From a virus (taxonomy: Duplodnaviria; Caudoviricetes), in IMG/VR virus record IMGVR_UViG_3300020045_002251, positions 1 to 55,826 of that record: a stretch of DNA of 55,826 nt. One strand, 5' to 3'. This document shows positions 1-8,391 of this stretch, piece by piece. The notes below the pieces were generated by a model, which was given only the letters and a program-made list of their open reading frames with translations, was not told the origin of the DNA and did no database searches. Both the position numbers and the translations under genes were made by a program. Each line of letters starts with the position of its first letter. Within the stretch, counting starts at the first letter, position 1.

Positions 1-121
1 TAGGTATCACAGAGGCAATTTGGGTGCATAGCGGCGGCTCGAATTATCCACGGCATTCGCACGTTAAAGCCGGTAAAGATAAGTTGGTGTATAATGTCGA
101 AAAAGGCGCTTACATCGATGG
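1..121. repeat. Terminal direct repeat (copy 1), identical to 55706-55826; circular assembly overlap
   Basis: taggtatcacagagg...tacatcgatgg occurs exactly at both ends, and the minor head ORF reads through the join. Confidence 0.95.
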
Positions 122-194
122 GGAATACATTTTGCCGGGTGAACTGCCAAACTGCCGATGTAAGTCGCGGTCAATTATAAAAGGGTTTGTTTGA
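1..194 (+). CDS. Minor head/head morphogenesis protein (MuF/SPP1 gp7 family), C-terminal part continuing from 55090
   Basis: Frame from base 3 reads GITEAIWVHSGG...PRHSH...ILPGELPNCRCKSRSIIKGFV*; the PGxxxNCRC motif is typical of MuF. Confidence 0.85.
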   Translation, partial: GITEAIWVHSGGSNYPRHSHVKAGKDKLVYNVEKGAYIDGEYILPGELPNCRCKSRSIIKGFV

Positions 195-364
195 TGAAAT
201 ATTCAGAACTCAAATGCAACATAAAAGCACAGAAAAATGAGGCATATATTGCCGCATTTGATTATGTATCAAAACAAATTCTCGCCGGTAAGATGACCGT
301 AGAAGATGGCGCGGAGTATCTTGTGTCGCATGGTTATAATTTAGAGATGGAGATGACTAAATGA
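194..364 (+). CDS. Hypothetical protein (56 aa, MKYSELKCNIKAQK...)
   Basis: TGATG overlap with the upstream stop and ATGA overlap with the next gene (translational coupling); below the ORF-track cutoff. Confidence 0.6.
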   Translation: MKYSELKCNIKAQKNEAYIAAFDYVSKQILAGKMTVEDGAEYLVSHGYNLEMEMTK

Positions 365-678
365 GCGGATTTGAAAGAATCTCCAAAATTTTAGCCAAAT
401 CGAATGGCAATATATTCTTTGAGTGTCCGGGCTGCGGAATGCCACACGGCATTAATTGCGGCGGCGGTCATGGCCCCACTTGGTCATGGGATAACGATAT
501 AAATAAACCGACATTCAATCCATCCGTTTTGGTTTCTTATGAAAGCGGGCCAATGGGAAAACAAAACATTTGTCACTCGTTTGTGAGAAATGGAAAAATT
601 GAATTTCTTTCTGATTGCACTCATGAACTAGCTGGTAGAATTGTTGATATTCCTGAATGGGATATGGTATGCCAATAA
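361..678 (+). CDS. DUF6527-like Cys/His metal-binding protein
   Basis: FECPGCGMPH...WSWDNDINKPTFNPSVLV...CHSFVRNGKIEFLSDCTH; GGAG RBS. Confidence 0.7.
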   Translation: MSGFERISKILAKSNGNIFFECPGCGMPHGINCGGGHGPTWSWDNDINKPTFNPSVLVSYESGPMGKQNICHSFVRNGKIEFLSDCTHELAGRIVDIPEWDMVCQ

Positions 679-2639
679 AAAAAGTCCACGGCGGTTATCA
701 GTGGGGCAACCACGGCAAAGTCTATCCCAATCGCATTGACGCAGAAAAACAAGCTGCCGCCGCTCACGCCGCTGGATATGCGGAAGATGAATCATTTCGT
801 GGCGCTGGCATTGTATTGATCGCGCCGGATGATACCGCTCTATTCACTCTCCGTTCTGCTGAATGCGATAATCCGTTTACATGGTGTTTCCCAGGTGGGC
901 AACAAGATGGTAATGAATCGCCAGAACAGGCAGCAATTCGTGAGACCATCGAAGAGGCTGGTTACTCCGCGTCAAATCTGAAACCGTTCTCAACTTACAC
1001 TGCCAAAGATGGCCAAAAGTTCTATCTGTTTAAAACACCAGTAAAGCATAAGTTCACGCCAAAGTTATCTGATGAATCAACCAAGTTTGTCTGGGCTTCA
1101 TTAGATAATCCGCCTGAACCGCTGCATTATGGGGTTAAAGCTGTATTGGAAAAAATAATGAAAAAACACAAATTAGCATCAGACGAAAAATCATTTGATT
1201 GGTTTGGTTCATTGTCTAACCAACAGTTAGCCATGGATGCAAAGCCCGCCATTCTAGCACTTGACCGCGCATCAGTTCGCTCCGTTGACCAAGATGGACG
1301 CTTGCATGTTGCAATTACCAATATTTCAAAAGCCAATATCTGCCCCTACCGTGGGTCAGAGATTCCAAACGGCGAAGAGTTAGGCTTAGACCCTGATAAA
1401 ATTTATATGCTGTATCGTGACCCAGAAGAATTAGCGAAGGGTGCGGAAACGTTTAACAACATCCCCGTTCTTGACCGTCATATTCCCGTGCATGTTACCG
1501 ACCCACAGCAAGAATATGTTATCGGCTCAACAGGTACGGACGCTAAATTTGATTCGCCATACTTGATGAATTCTATGGTAATATGGACGAATAAAGCCAT
1601 TGACAATATAAATTCAAAGAAACAACAAGAAATTTCCTGCGCATATCGCTATGAACCTGATATGACAAGCGGAAATATCAATGGTGAGCACTTTGATGGT
1701 ATAATGCGTAATATTCGTGGTAATCACGTTGCGATTGTGACAGAAGGTCGCGCGGGCCCAGACGTAGTTGTCGGGGATTCAAAAACTTTGGAGAGTAAAC
1801 AAATAATGACTCACTCTAAAAAAGCGGCAAAGGTAAAAGGGGCTTTATTGTCTGCCCTTCCAAAGCTCGCAAGTGATTCTGCATTGATTGACAATGTATT
1901 ACAGGGTGTCAAGAAAAGCAATTTCAAAATGAAAAAATATGAGATTGTTTCTGGCTTGAAACCAATGCTGGCATCCGATGCTGAATTGGAAGACTTGGTT
2001 GAATTGCTGGATAAACTGGACGATAGCAAAGAAGCTGACGAGCATGACGATGAACCAGTAGAAGTCGCAGAAGATGCAGACCCTATTGACGAAATTCTCG
2101 ACCTGATTCGCGGCAAAGTTTCCGATGAAGAATTGGAAGCGGTTAAGGCCAAAATCGAAGCCTGCTTGAAACCAGCAGAAGATGAAGAATCTGATATCGG
2201 TGAAGCTGACGTAGCTCAGGATGAACCGCCAGAATTTGAAGACAAACCGGAAAACCCGATTGCTAAAAAAGATGAGGAAAAACCAATGGGCAAAGCCGCT
2301 ATGGATGCCGCATTAAATCGCGTTAAAGAAGAAACCCGCAATGAAACGCTGAAACACTTCCGCGCTATTGCTGCCGCAGAAGAAGAAGTGCGACCATTTG
2401 TTGGCAAGCTGGCAATCGCACAAGACTCCGCAGAAGATGTTTACAAAGCCGCGTTAATTACCATGGGTAAGGATGTTAAAGGCGTTCATCCATCTGCGTA
2501 TCGTCACATTCTGCTAGCTCAAGCCAAGCCAAATCAATCGCATGAAATGGCGAATGATTCTGCAATTTATGCATCCGAAGGTTTCGATAAAGAATTCTTG
2601 GATTTAGTTCCTGACGCTAACAATATTCGCGTAATTTAA
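669..2639 (+). CDS. Prohead protease/scaffold (DUF2213) with an N-terminal Nudix hydrolase domain
   Basis: Nudix box G-QQDGN-E-SPEQAAI-RETIEEAGY; DUF2213 motifs (SKANICPYRG, LYRDPEEL, ISCAYRY, IRGNHVAIVTEGRAG); acidic scaffold tail; likely start MPIKK at 669 (track starts at 657). Confidence 0.85.
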   Translation: MPIKKVHGGYQWGNHGKVYPNRIDAEKQAAAAHAAGYAEDESFRGAGIVLIAPDDTALFTLRSAECDNPFTWCFPGGQQDGNESPEQAAIRETIEEAGYSASNLKPFSTYTAKDGQKFYLFKTPVKHKFTPKLSDESTKFVWASLDNPPEPLHYGVKAVLEKIMKKHKLASDEKSFDWFGSLSNQQLAMDAKPAILALDRASVRSVDQDGRLHVAITNISKANICPYRGSEIPNGEELGLDPDKIYMLYRDPEELAKGAETFNNIPVLDRHIPVHVTDPQQEYVIGSTGTDAKFDSPYLMNSMVIWTNKAIDNINSKKQQEISCAYRYEPDMTSGNINGEHFDGIMRNIRGNHVAIVTEGRAGPDVVVGDSKTLESKQIMTHSKKAAKVKGALLSALPKLASDSALIDNVLQGVKKSNFKMKKYEIVSGLKPMLASDAELEDLVELLDKLDDSKEADEHDDEPVEVAEDADPIDEILDLIRGKVSDEELEAVKAKIEACLKPAEDEESDIGEADVAQDEPPEFEDKPENPIAKKDEEKPMGKAAMDAALNRVKEETRNETLKHFRAIAAAEEEVRPFVGKLAIAQDSAEDVYKAALITMGKDVKGVHPSAYRHILLAQAKPNQSHEMANDSAIYASEGFDKEFLDLVPDANNIRVI

Positions 2640-2649
2640 GGGGTAATAG

Positions 2650-3780
2650 ATGCCTTCTGTAACTGGTTTTCCTAAACAATATAATGGCGTACAAGCGCCT
2701 GCGGTCGAGGGTGACTTTGCCGCAACCAACAACCCGCGCGCTACCGTTTTATCGGATGCCGGTGCATTCGTGGCTGGCGTTAATGGCACCACCATCGCTA
2801 AATTTGCATGGTTGAATGCCGATGGACGATCAATCGATAATACCGGCCCAGGCGTACCGCTTGGCTTCATTGCTCGTCGTGAACAAGGTCTGATTACTAC
2901 CTTTCTTGCTAATAACTCGATGGGCATCCCATCCGGCTTGCCGGTAACCGTACATAACGTTGGCGACTTCTATGTACGCAGCTCTAACGGCGCAGCTCGC
3001 GGCCAAAAAGCCTACGCCAACTCAGTTGACGGTAGTATCACATTTGCCGCGACCGGCACTCCGCCAACATCTGCAAGTGTAACTGGTTCTATTGCCGCCA
3101 ACGTTGTGACTGGTGCAATTGCCGTCAACACCGCTACAGGTTCAATCTCTGGCACAACACTGACAGTTACCGCTATTGGTGCAGGTTCGGTGTTGGGCGC
3201 TGGCTTGACCGTTGCTGGTACTAACGTTGACACTGCAACCGTAATTGTCGCTCAGCTGTCTGGTACTGCTGGTGGCGTTGGTACTTATCAAGTATCCGTG
3301 TCTCAGGTTGTTAGTTCAACCTCACTGACCTTGACTGGTGCTGGCTTAACAGTTTCCGCTGTAACCTCTGGCGCGTTGGCTGTTGGTCAAACAATCACAG
3401 GTTCAGGCATCGCTGCTGGCACGACTATTATCGCTCGCGGCACTGGCACTGGCGGCACCGGCACTTATGTTGTGTCCGCATCGCAGACCTTTGCGTCAGG
3501 CGCTATCACTGCATCAGGCGGTACATTAACCGTTACCGCAGTTGGTTCTGGCGTCGTCTACCTGAATGATACCATCTCTGGTTCTGGTGTAACCGCTGGT
3601 ACTTATGTAAGCGGCTTCCTGACCGGCACAGGCGGCACAGGTACATATTTGGTTAGCGTTTCTCAGACCGCATCATCTACCACTATTACCGTGGCAGCTG
3701 GCGTAGAAACAAAATGGTATGCAGCATCTACTGCGGCAGCCGGTGAATTAGTTAAAATGACCTCTCATGCTCAAGGCTAA
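2650..3780 (+). CDS. Capsid decoration/cement protein with three inserted Gly/Thr-rich beta repeats
   Basis: Lies between protease and capsid genes; N-terminus [14 protein letters not shown]; repeats TLTVTA.G.G....G..I.G.G...GT.....TGTGG.GTY.VS.SQ. Confidence 0.7.
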   Translation: MPSVTGFPKQYNGVQAPAVEGDFAATNNPRATVLSDAGAFVAGVNGTTIAKFAWLNADGRSIDNTGPGVPLGFIARREQGLITTFLANNSMGIPSGLPVTVHNVGDFYVRSSNGAARGQKAYANSVDGSITFAATGTPPTSASVTGSIAANVVTGAIAVNTATGSISGTTLTVTAIGAGSVLGAGLTVAGTNVDTATVIVAQLSGTAGGVGTYQVSVSQVVSSTSLTLTGAGLTVSAVTSGALAVGQTITGSGIAAGTTIIARGTGTGGTGTYVVSASQTFASGAITASGGTLTVTAVGSGVVYLNDTISGSGVTAGTYVSGFLTGTGGTGTYLVSVSQTASSTTITVAAGVETKWYAASTAAAGELVKMTSHAQG

Positions 3781-3794
3781 GGGATAAAAAGAAT

Positions 3795-4862
3795 ATGAAT
3801 TTTCAACAACAATTAGCAATGTTGCAGGCGGGTGGTATCACTATCGAGGGCGCAAGCGCCCTCCTAAAGCCTGAATATCGCGGCAACTATAAGCTGGCGA
3901 TGGATGCTCAACCAGGTTTAGTTACCAATGCCAACTCTGCAATTCCGCAGATGCTGACTGCGTTTGTAGACCCCAGCTTGCTGCGAGTAATGACAGCTAA
4001 AAACGCTGCTGCTGAAATTTTTGGCGAAGTGCGTAAAGGTTCATTAACTGACCAGACCGCTATCTTCCCAGTTCTGGAATATACCGGTGAAGTGGCAAGC
4101 TATGGCGACTTTAATAACGGCGGTGTCGCTGGCGTTAATACCGCATTCCCAACTCATGAAAGTTACATTTATCAAGCCATCATTGAATACGGTGATTTGG
4201 AAATGGAACGTATGGGTCTGGCGAAAATCGGTTGGGCTGCTGAGAAAAAGATGGGTGCGGTTAATACCCTAAATAAGTATCAGAACAAAACCTATTTCTA
4301 CGGTGTTGCTGGCCTGAATAACTACGGCTTGCTTAACCACCCAGACCTGCCAACTCCAATCGCTCCAGCGCCTAAAGCATCAGGCAACCTGAAATGGATG
4401 GTGAATGGCGCAGTTACCGCATCAGCAAATGAAGTCTTTACTGACATTCAGTCGCTGGTGACTCAAGTTGTCATTCAGACCTCTGGTCTGGTTGATGCGA
4501 AGAGCAAGATGGTATTGGCAATGTCTCCAGTAATGGCGATGGCGCTGAATACCACTAACCAGTTCAACGTTAACGTCTACACCCTGTTGGAACGTAACTT
4601 CCCTAATCTGGAAGTGAAAACCGCTGTGCAGTATGGCGCGGTTAGCGCTGCGAATCCAGAAGGTTCAGTTGCTGGTGAGTTGATCCAGTTGATTGCTACT
4701 GAACTGGAAGGTCAAGATACTGGCTACATGGCATTCAACGAAAAACTGCGTATGTCTCCAGTTATTCGCGATATGACCAGCTACAAGCAGAAATTAATGC
4801 AAGGCACATGGGGCTGCATCCTGCGTCAACCTGCAAACGTTTCTCAGATGATTGGCGTTTAG
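3795..4862 (+). CDS. Major capsid protein (DUF2184-like, HK97 fold)
   Basis: 355 aa; LAMDAQP, IPQML..FVDP, EYTGEVASYGD, YFYGVAGLNNYGLLNHP; strong codon bias; followed by a terminator. Confidence 0.85.
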   Translation: MNFQQQLAMLQAGGITIEGASALLKPEYRGNYKLAMDAQPGLVTNANSAIPQMLTAFVDPSLLRVMTAKNAAAEIFGEVRKGSLTDQTAIFPVLEYTGEVASYGDFNNGGVAGVNTAFPTHESYIYQAIIEYGDLEMERMGLAKIGWAAEKKMGAVNTLNKYQNKTYFYGVAGLNNYGLLNHPDLPTPIAPAPKASGNLKWMVNGAVTASANEVFTDIQSLVTQVVIQTSGLVDAKSKMVLAMSPVMAMALNTTNQFNVNVYTLLERNFPNLEVKTAVQYGAVSAANPEGSVAGELIQLIATELEGQDTGYMAFNEKLRMSPVIRDMTSYKQKLMQGTWGCILRQPANVSQMIGV

Positions 4863-4873
4863 TTTTCCTGATA

Positions 4874-4902
4874 AAAGAAAGCCCCTTGATTGGGGCTTTT
4901 TG
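4874..4902. terminator. Bidirectional intrinsic terminator
   Basis: aaagcccc-ttgatt-ggggctttt between convergent genes. Confidence 0.8.
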
Positions 4903-4910
4903 TTGTTCGT

Positions 4911-5072
4911 TTAATATCCATTTTTCTCTAAGTGTCTACCGTCTATCATTCCAGCATTGTAGCCACGAATGAAAGTGCCTAATTGCTTCTCTTGAGCCGT
5001 ATGTTTATGCCCTGAGCGGATAGTTAACACTTCCCATACTAAACGCAATCAATTAATAAAAGTCAGTTGCAT
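4911..5072 (-). pseudogene. Small phage gene with an in-frame TGA at codon 8
   Basis: GGAG RBS, then MQLTFIN*LRLVWEVLTIRSGHKHTAQEKQLGTFIRGYNAGMIDGRHLEKNGY*, ending just before the terminator. Confidence 0.55.
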
Positions 5073-5090
5073 TTTTCTCTCCAGTTGTTG

Positions 5091-5279
5091 TTAGTCTGCG
5101 ATGAAGTAAATTGCATTTTTATTTTTGTAAAATGATTCTGATTCTGGATTCTCGCCCCAAGGTTCGTTCGAGTAAATAAACCCATCATGCCAATACAATG
5201 ATTCGCTAGATACTTCATCCTTATACTGCCATACCGCCACAAACTGCCCGCTTGTTGGCATTTCTGAGACTTGTTTCAT
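5091..5279 (-). CDS. Hypothetical protein
   Basis: AGGAG RBS; part of a compact minus-strand cassette. Confidence 0.65.
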   Translation of the reverse strand: MKQVSEMPTSGQFVAVWQYKDEVSSESLYWHDGFIYSNEPWGENPESESFYKNKNAIYFIAD

Positions 5280-5296
5280 TTAATTAACTCCTGTAA

Positions 5297-5473
5297 TTAA
5301 TTTTTATCAGAAATGAATTGTTCAATTTCAGCTCTGAATGTGTGCTTTGTTTGATTGTCGATATCTAAAAATCCTTCATCCATACCCATACATAACCCGT
5401 GATTCAAGCAATATTCAATCATTCCAATTATAGTTTCTTGTGCGTCGGGTGATAATTCGTCAAATTTCATCAT
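5297..5473 (-). CDS. Hypothetical protein (start MMKFDELS)
   Basis: GGTGGA RBS before ATG 5473; track ORF extends to 5539. Confidence 0.6.
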   Translation of the reverse strand: MMKFDELSPDAQETIIGMIEYCLNHGLCMGMDEGFLDIDNQTKHTFRAEIEQFISDKN

Positions 5474-5519
5474 TCCACCTTGTATCCTACTGATGTGATT
5501 ACCAATTTGTAAGAAAGAC

Positions 5520-5822
5520 TTACATGTTCGACTGCTCAATTTTATATCCTGATAATGTGATTGCGTCTTTGCACTTGTTTATTGCTTCATTAAAAGCAAT
5601 TCTGTAGCCAATTGGCATATTCATTGGCAGCTCTGGAAACTTAATCGCCTTCATGCTTTCGCGTGACTGGTTCCACCAATAATGCGCGGTAAATACATCA
5701 TCATCGATATAATCTCCTTCATTATCTTTTTTAAATAAATCATCGGGAACTAACGCGGTCATTCTCATCATTGTTTCGTATTCGCGCTCAAACTCTTCTC
5801 GCATTTTGTTTGTCATTTCCAC
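5520..5822 (-). CDS. Hypothetical protein
   Basis: MREEFER..., common small phage protein style; overlaps neighbour. Confidence 0.65.
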   Translation of the reverse strand: MEMTNKMREEFEREYETMMRMTALVPDDLFKKDNEGDYIDDDVFTAHYWWNQSRESMKAIKFPELPMNMPIGYRIAFNEAINKCKDAITLSGYKIEQSNM

Positions 5823-6091
5823 TCTCCAGATAGATGATTAAATTTAACCTCAAATTCATGAAAGAGAAAAACAGTATCACTTTTATCAAGCTTGTTCTCA
5901 ATCATGATTCTTGCTGAAAATGCTAGTGATAGATTTTTTGTTTCACGCACGCTTACGCCAAAGATGTGAGCTGTATAATCGCAAGGTGCAACATGAAAAT
6001 CAAACTGAAACGATTTCCGATTGATAATAATGCCGCGCTCAATGTCGCGGATTAGTTGTAATTTGTATTCTGGTTGGAAATTCATTTCCAT
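5813..6091 (-). CDS. Hypothetical protein
   Basis: Tightly packed ORF in the cassette. Confidence 0.55.
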   Translation of the reverse strand: MEMNFQPEYKLQLIRDIERGIIINRKSFQFDFHVAPCDYTAHIFGVSVRETKNLSLAFSARIMIENKLDKSDTVFLFHEFEVKFNHLSGEWK

Positions 6092-6294
6092 GGGGTTACT
6101 CCTTTTTGTTTGTAGTTTTTGCCAATCTTTACGAACAAAAAATCAAGCCTATCTTTTTGTATGAAAGTAAAGTTGTTAAATGATAGATTTTTTGCAACAA
6201 TCTGGCTGTGGTGGGTACCGGTAACAAGCCAAGCGTCACCAAGCTTCACCCCTTTCAAGACATCGCCTTTATTTATGTTCATATACTTATCCAA
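6082..6294 (-). CDS. Hypothetical protein
   Basis: Tightly packed ORF in the cassette. Confidence 0.55.
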   Translation of the reverse strand: MDKYMNINKGDVLKGVKLGDAWLVTGTHHSQIVAKNLSFNNFTFIQKDRLDFLFVKIGKNYKQKGVTPWK

Positions 6295-6315
6295 TCAATA
6301 AAACCCCTTTCGAGG

Positions 6316-6465
6316 CTATAGATATTTCTGCAACCATTTATCAGCAGATTTAAATGTCTTGAAATCCCTGCTCTGGCTGTATGTCATGGCTGTGAATTTT
6401 TTACCATCTGTAAAAATTCCAACGGTGCGATTATCTTCTTGGTTGTAAATTCTAACTGCTTGCAT
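6316..6465 (-). CDS. DUF1391 (YdfA-like) small phage protein
   Basis: MQAVRIYNQEDNRTVGIFTDGKKFTAMTYSQSRDFKTFKSADKWLQKYL; FTAMTY..S..FKT...A..WL motif; GGGGA RBS; first gene after a promoter. Confidence 0.7.
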   Translation of the reverse strand: MQAVRIYNQEDNRTVGIFTDGKKFTAMTYSQSRDFKTFKSADKWLQKYL

Positions 6466-6494
6466 TTGTTTATCCCCTTCGCTTTGATGTGTTA

Positions 6495-6522
6495 AGTATT
6501 ACACAACAACAAAGCAAATCAA
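6495..6522 (-). promoter_or_regulatory. Sigma70-type early promoter TTGATT-N15-TAATACT containing GTAATAC
   Basis: Same architecture at 30621, 32985 and 38053-38080. Confidence 0.7.
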
Positions 6523-6557
6523 CTTATTTTTCGTCTTTTCTTGAAAATGATTTTTCG

Positions 6558-6579
6558 TGATATAATACACAAGTATTAC
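6558..6579 (+). promoter_or_regulatory. Extended -10 promoter (TGaTATAAT) with a downstream GTATTAC site
   Basis: Upstream of the neck/tail operon; no properly spaced -35. Confidence 0.55.
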
Positions 6580-6614
6580 AATGTCAACACAAAACGGTCA
6601 ATTAGGGGAAATAA

Positions 6615-7031
6615 ATGGCTAACGTACAAAAGACAGTAACAGTGGCGTGCAAACTGCCGCATGGGATTATGCTTCAACTTTATAATATGATTGATGGTGT
6701 TGAGCCTGTATCTGGTGGCGGCTATCGTCAAATTAAGGTGGCCCAGAAAGTCGGCGAACCAATCAAAATCAATGGTAACTCTCACAAGCAGAACCAGTTG
6801 CCAAGCTGCATCATTCGTGACAGTTTTGCATTCACTGAGAATGTACCGAAAGACCATTGGGATTCCTGGTTAGAACAAAATCAATCACTCGATTTTGTCA
6901 AAAACGGCCTGATTTTCGCGCATGAAACAACCAATAGCGTTATTGATCAAGCGAAGGACCATAAAGGCATTCGTTCTGGTTTTGAGCGTCTGAATCCGAG
7001 TGCAAAACCCGCTGGCATCATTCAAGCGTAA
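6615..7031 (+). CDS. Conserved head-associated/morphogenesis protein
   Basis: VTVACKLPHG...FAFTENVPKDHWDSWLEQN...NGLIFAHE...SGFERL; usual position after the capsid gene in this phage group. Confidence 0.65.
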   Translation: MANVQKTVTVACKLPHGIMLQLYNMIDGVEPVSGGGYRQIKVAQKVGEPIKINGNSHKQNQLPSCIIRDSFAFTENVPKDHWDSWLEQNQSLDFVKNGLIFAHETTNSVIDQAKDHKGIRSGFERLNPSAKPAGIIQA

Positions 7032-7040
7032 GGCTAACAA

Positions 7041-7475
7041 ATGACTATCGCTGTATTCGACTTTGCAATATGGGCGGCAAGATACCCTGAATTAGCCTCC
7101 GTTGGTTCGGTGCTGTCTGGCGCGTATTTCTCGGAAGCTTGCCTGTATCTAGATAATACAGATGCAAGCTTGGTTAAAGATGCAAATGTACGCCTAATGC
7201 TGCTCAACATGCTGACGGCTCACATTGCGAAAATGAATGCAGCGATAAACGGTATTAACGCCAGTGATATTGTCGGACGCATTAGTAACGCCACGGAAGG
7301 CTCCGTGTCTGTTGGTGCTGAATTGCAATTGCCGCAAGGCATTCCGCAATGGTACGGGCAGACTCGGTACGGTATCGCTTACTGGACGGCGATGGCGCCT
7401 TATCGCACTATGCGGTATCGAGTTGGCAAGCTGTATAATCCAGACCCTTACGCGCCGTACATTCGAGGTTTTTGA
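7041..7475 (+). CDS. Head-tail adaptor (DUF4054)
   Basis: RYPE, LLNMLTAHIA, VGRISNATEGSVSV, WYGQTRYGIAYW. Confidence 0.8.
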   Translation: MTIAVFDFAIWAARYPELASVGSVLSGAYFSEACLYLDNTDASLVKDANVRLMLLNMLTAHIAKMNAAINGINASDIVGRISNATEGSVSVGAELQLPQGIPQWYGQTRYGIAYWTAMAPYRTMRYRVGKLYNPDPYAPYIRGF

Positions 7476-8017
7476 TGTCTGACTACACATTCACTGGCGG
7501 CGAGAAGTTACAGAAAGCATTGATGGAATTATCTAAAAAGGTAAGAAATGCCTCAACGCTTAGTGTCGGCTGGCCGGAAGGTGCAACATATGAGAACGGC
7601 ACGCCTGTCGCTCAAGTGGCTGCCATTCAGGAATTTGGTGCGCCAAGTCGTCACATTCCACCAGCTGCATTTTTCCGCAAACTGATTGCAGATAAATCCA
7701 CCAGTTGGGGGCAAAATCTCGCCACTGCACTAGAAATGACAAATTATGATGCAAAGGCAGCGCTAGAAATGCTCGGCGAAGATATGGAAATGCAGTTGTG
7801 GGATTATGTCGTCAATACCGACCGGCCTGAATTGAGGCCTATCACGTTGATGCTTCGTAAGATGAAAATGCAAGACCCGTCATTGGTTGTCACCGGTAAA
7901 ACTGTCGGCGAGGCAGCTAGATTGGTTGCTCAGGGTGAAGATTATTCCGGCGCATCAACTGCCAAATTAAATGATACCGGCACAATGCTGGCATCTATTA
8001 ATTCGAGCGTGAAATGA
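7475..8017 (+). CDS. Neck/tail-completion (virion morphogenesis) protein
   Basis: LSVGWPEGATYENGTPVAQVAAIQEFG...IPP..FFR...LNDTGTMLASI. Confidence 0.7.
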   Translation: MSDYTFTGGEKLQKALMELSKKVRNASTLSVGWPEGATYENGTPVAQVAAIQEFGAPSRHIPPAAFFRKLIADKSTSWGQNLATALEMTNYDAKAALEMLGEDMEMQLWDYVVNTDRPELRPITLMLRKMKMQDPSLVVTGKTVGEAARLVAQGEDYSGASTAKLNDTGTMLASINSSVK

Positions 8018-8391
8018 ATTTACATAATATCGCTGGAAATATCGTTAGTGCGATTAACCCTTGGGTTAATGCGTCGATTCAAATGTCTGATGGTTATACC
8101 ACCGCTGCTAATTTATCTCGCGCGCCTAAATATAAGCCAGCTATTGATGTAATGGCCCAGATGCAAGCGCTAACTTATAACGACTTGGTGCAAGTGTCTG
8201 GTTTGAATATCCAAGGTGAAAAGCGCGCCATGTATTTGAATGGCGACTGGAAAGGTGTGTCACGTCAAGACGGTAAAGGCGGCGATATCATTACATTGGC
8301 TGATTCATCCGTCTGGTTAGTGGTGCAAGTTTTGGAGAATTGGGAATTTATGGCTGGATGGGTTAAAGTCGCAGTAGTGAGACAGCAATGA
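8014..8391 (+). CDS. Head closure/stopper protein
   Basis: MNLHNIA...INP; QMQAL; GGDII; WLVVQVLENW; synteny. Confidence 0.65.
   Translation: MNLHNIAGNIVSAINPWVNASIQMSDGYTTAANLSRAPKYKPAIDVMAQMQALTYNDLVQVSGLNIQGEKRAMYLNGDWKGVSRQDGKGGDIITLADSSVWLVVQVLENWEFMAGWVKVAVVRQQ

Noticed and set aside
1-121. 121-bp terminal direct repeat as a biological DTR
   Set aside because: It falls mid-gene and has a k-mer-like length; best explained as circular assembly overlap
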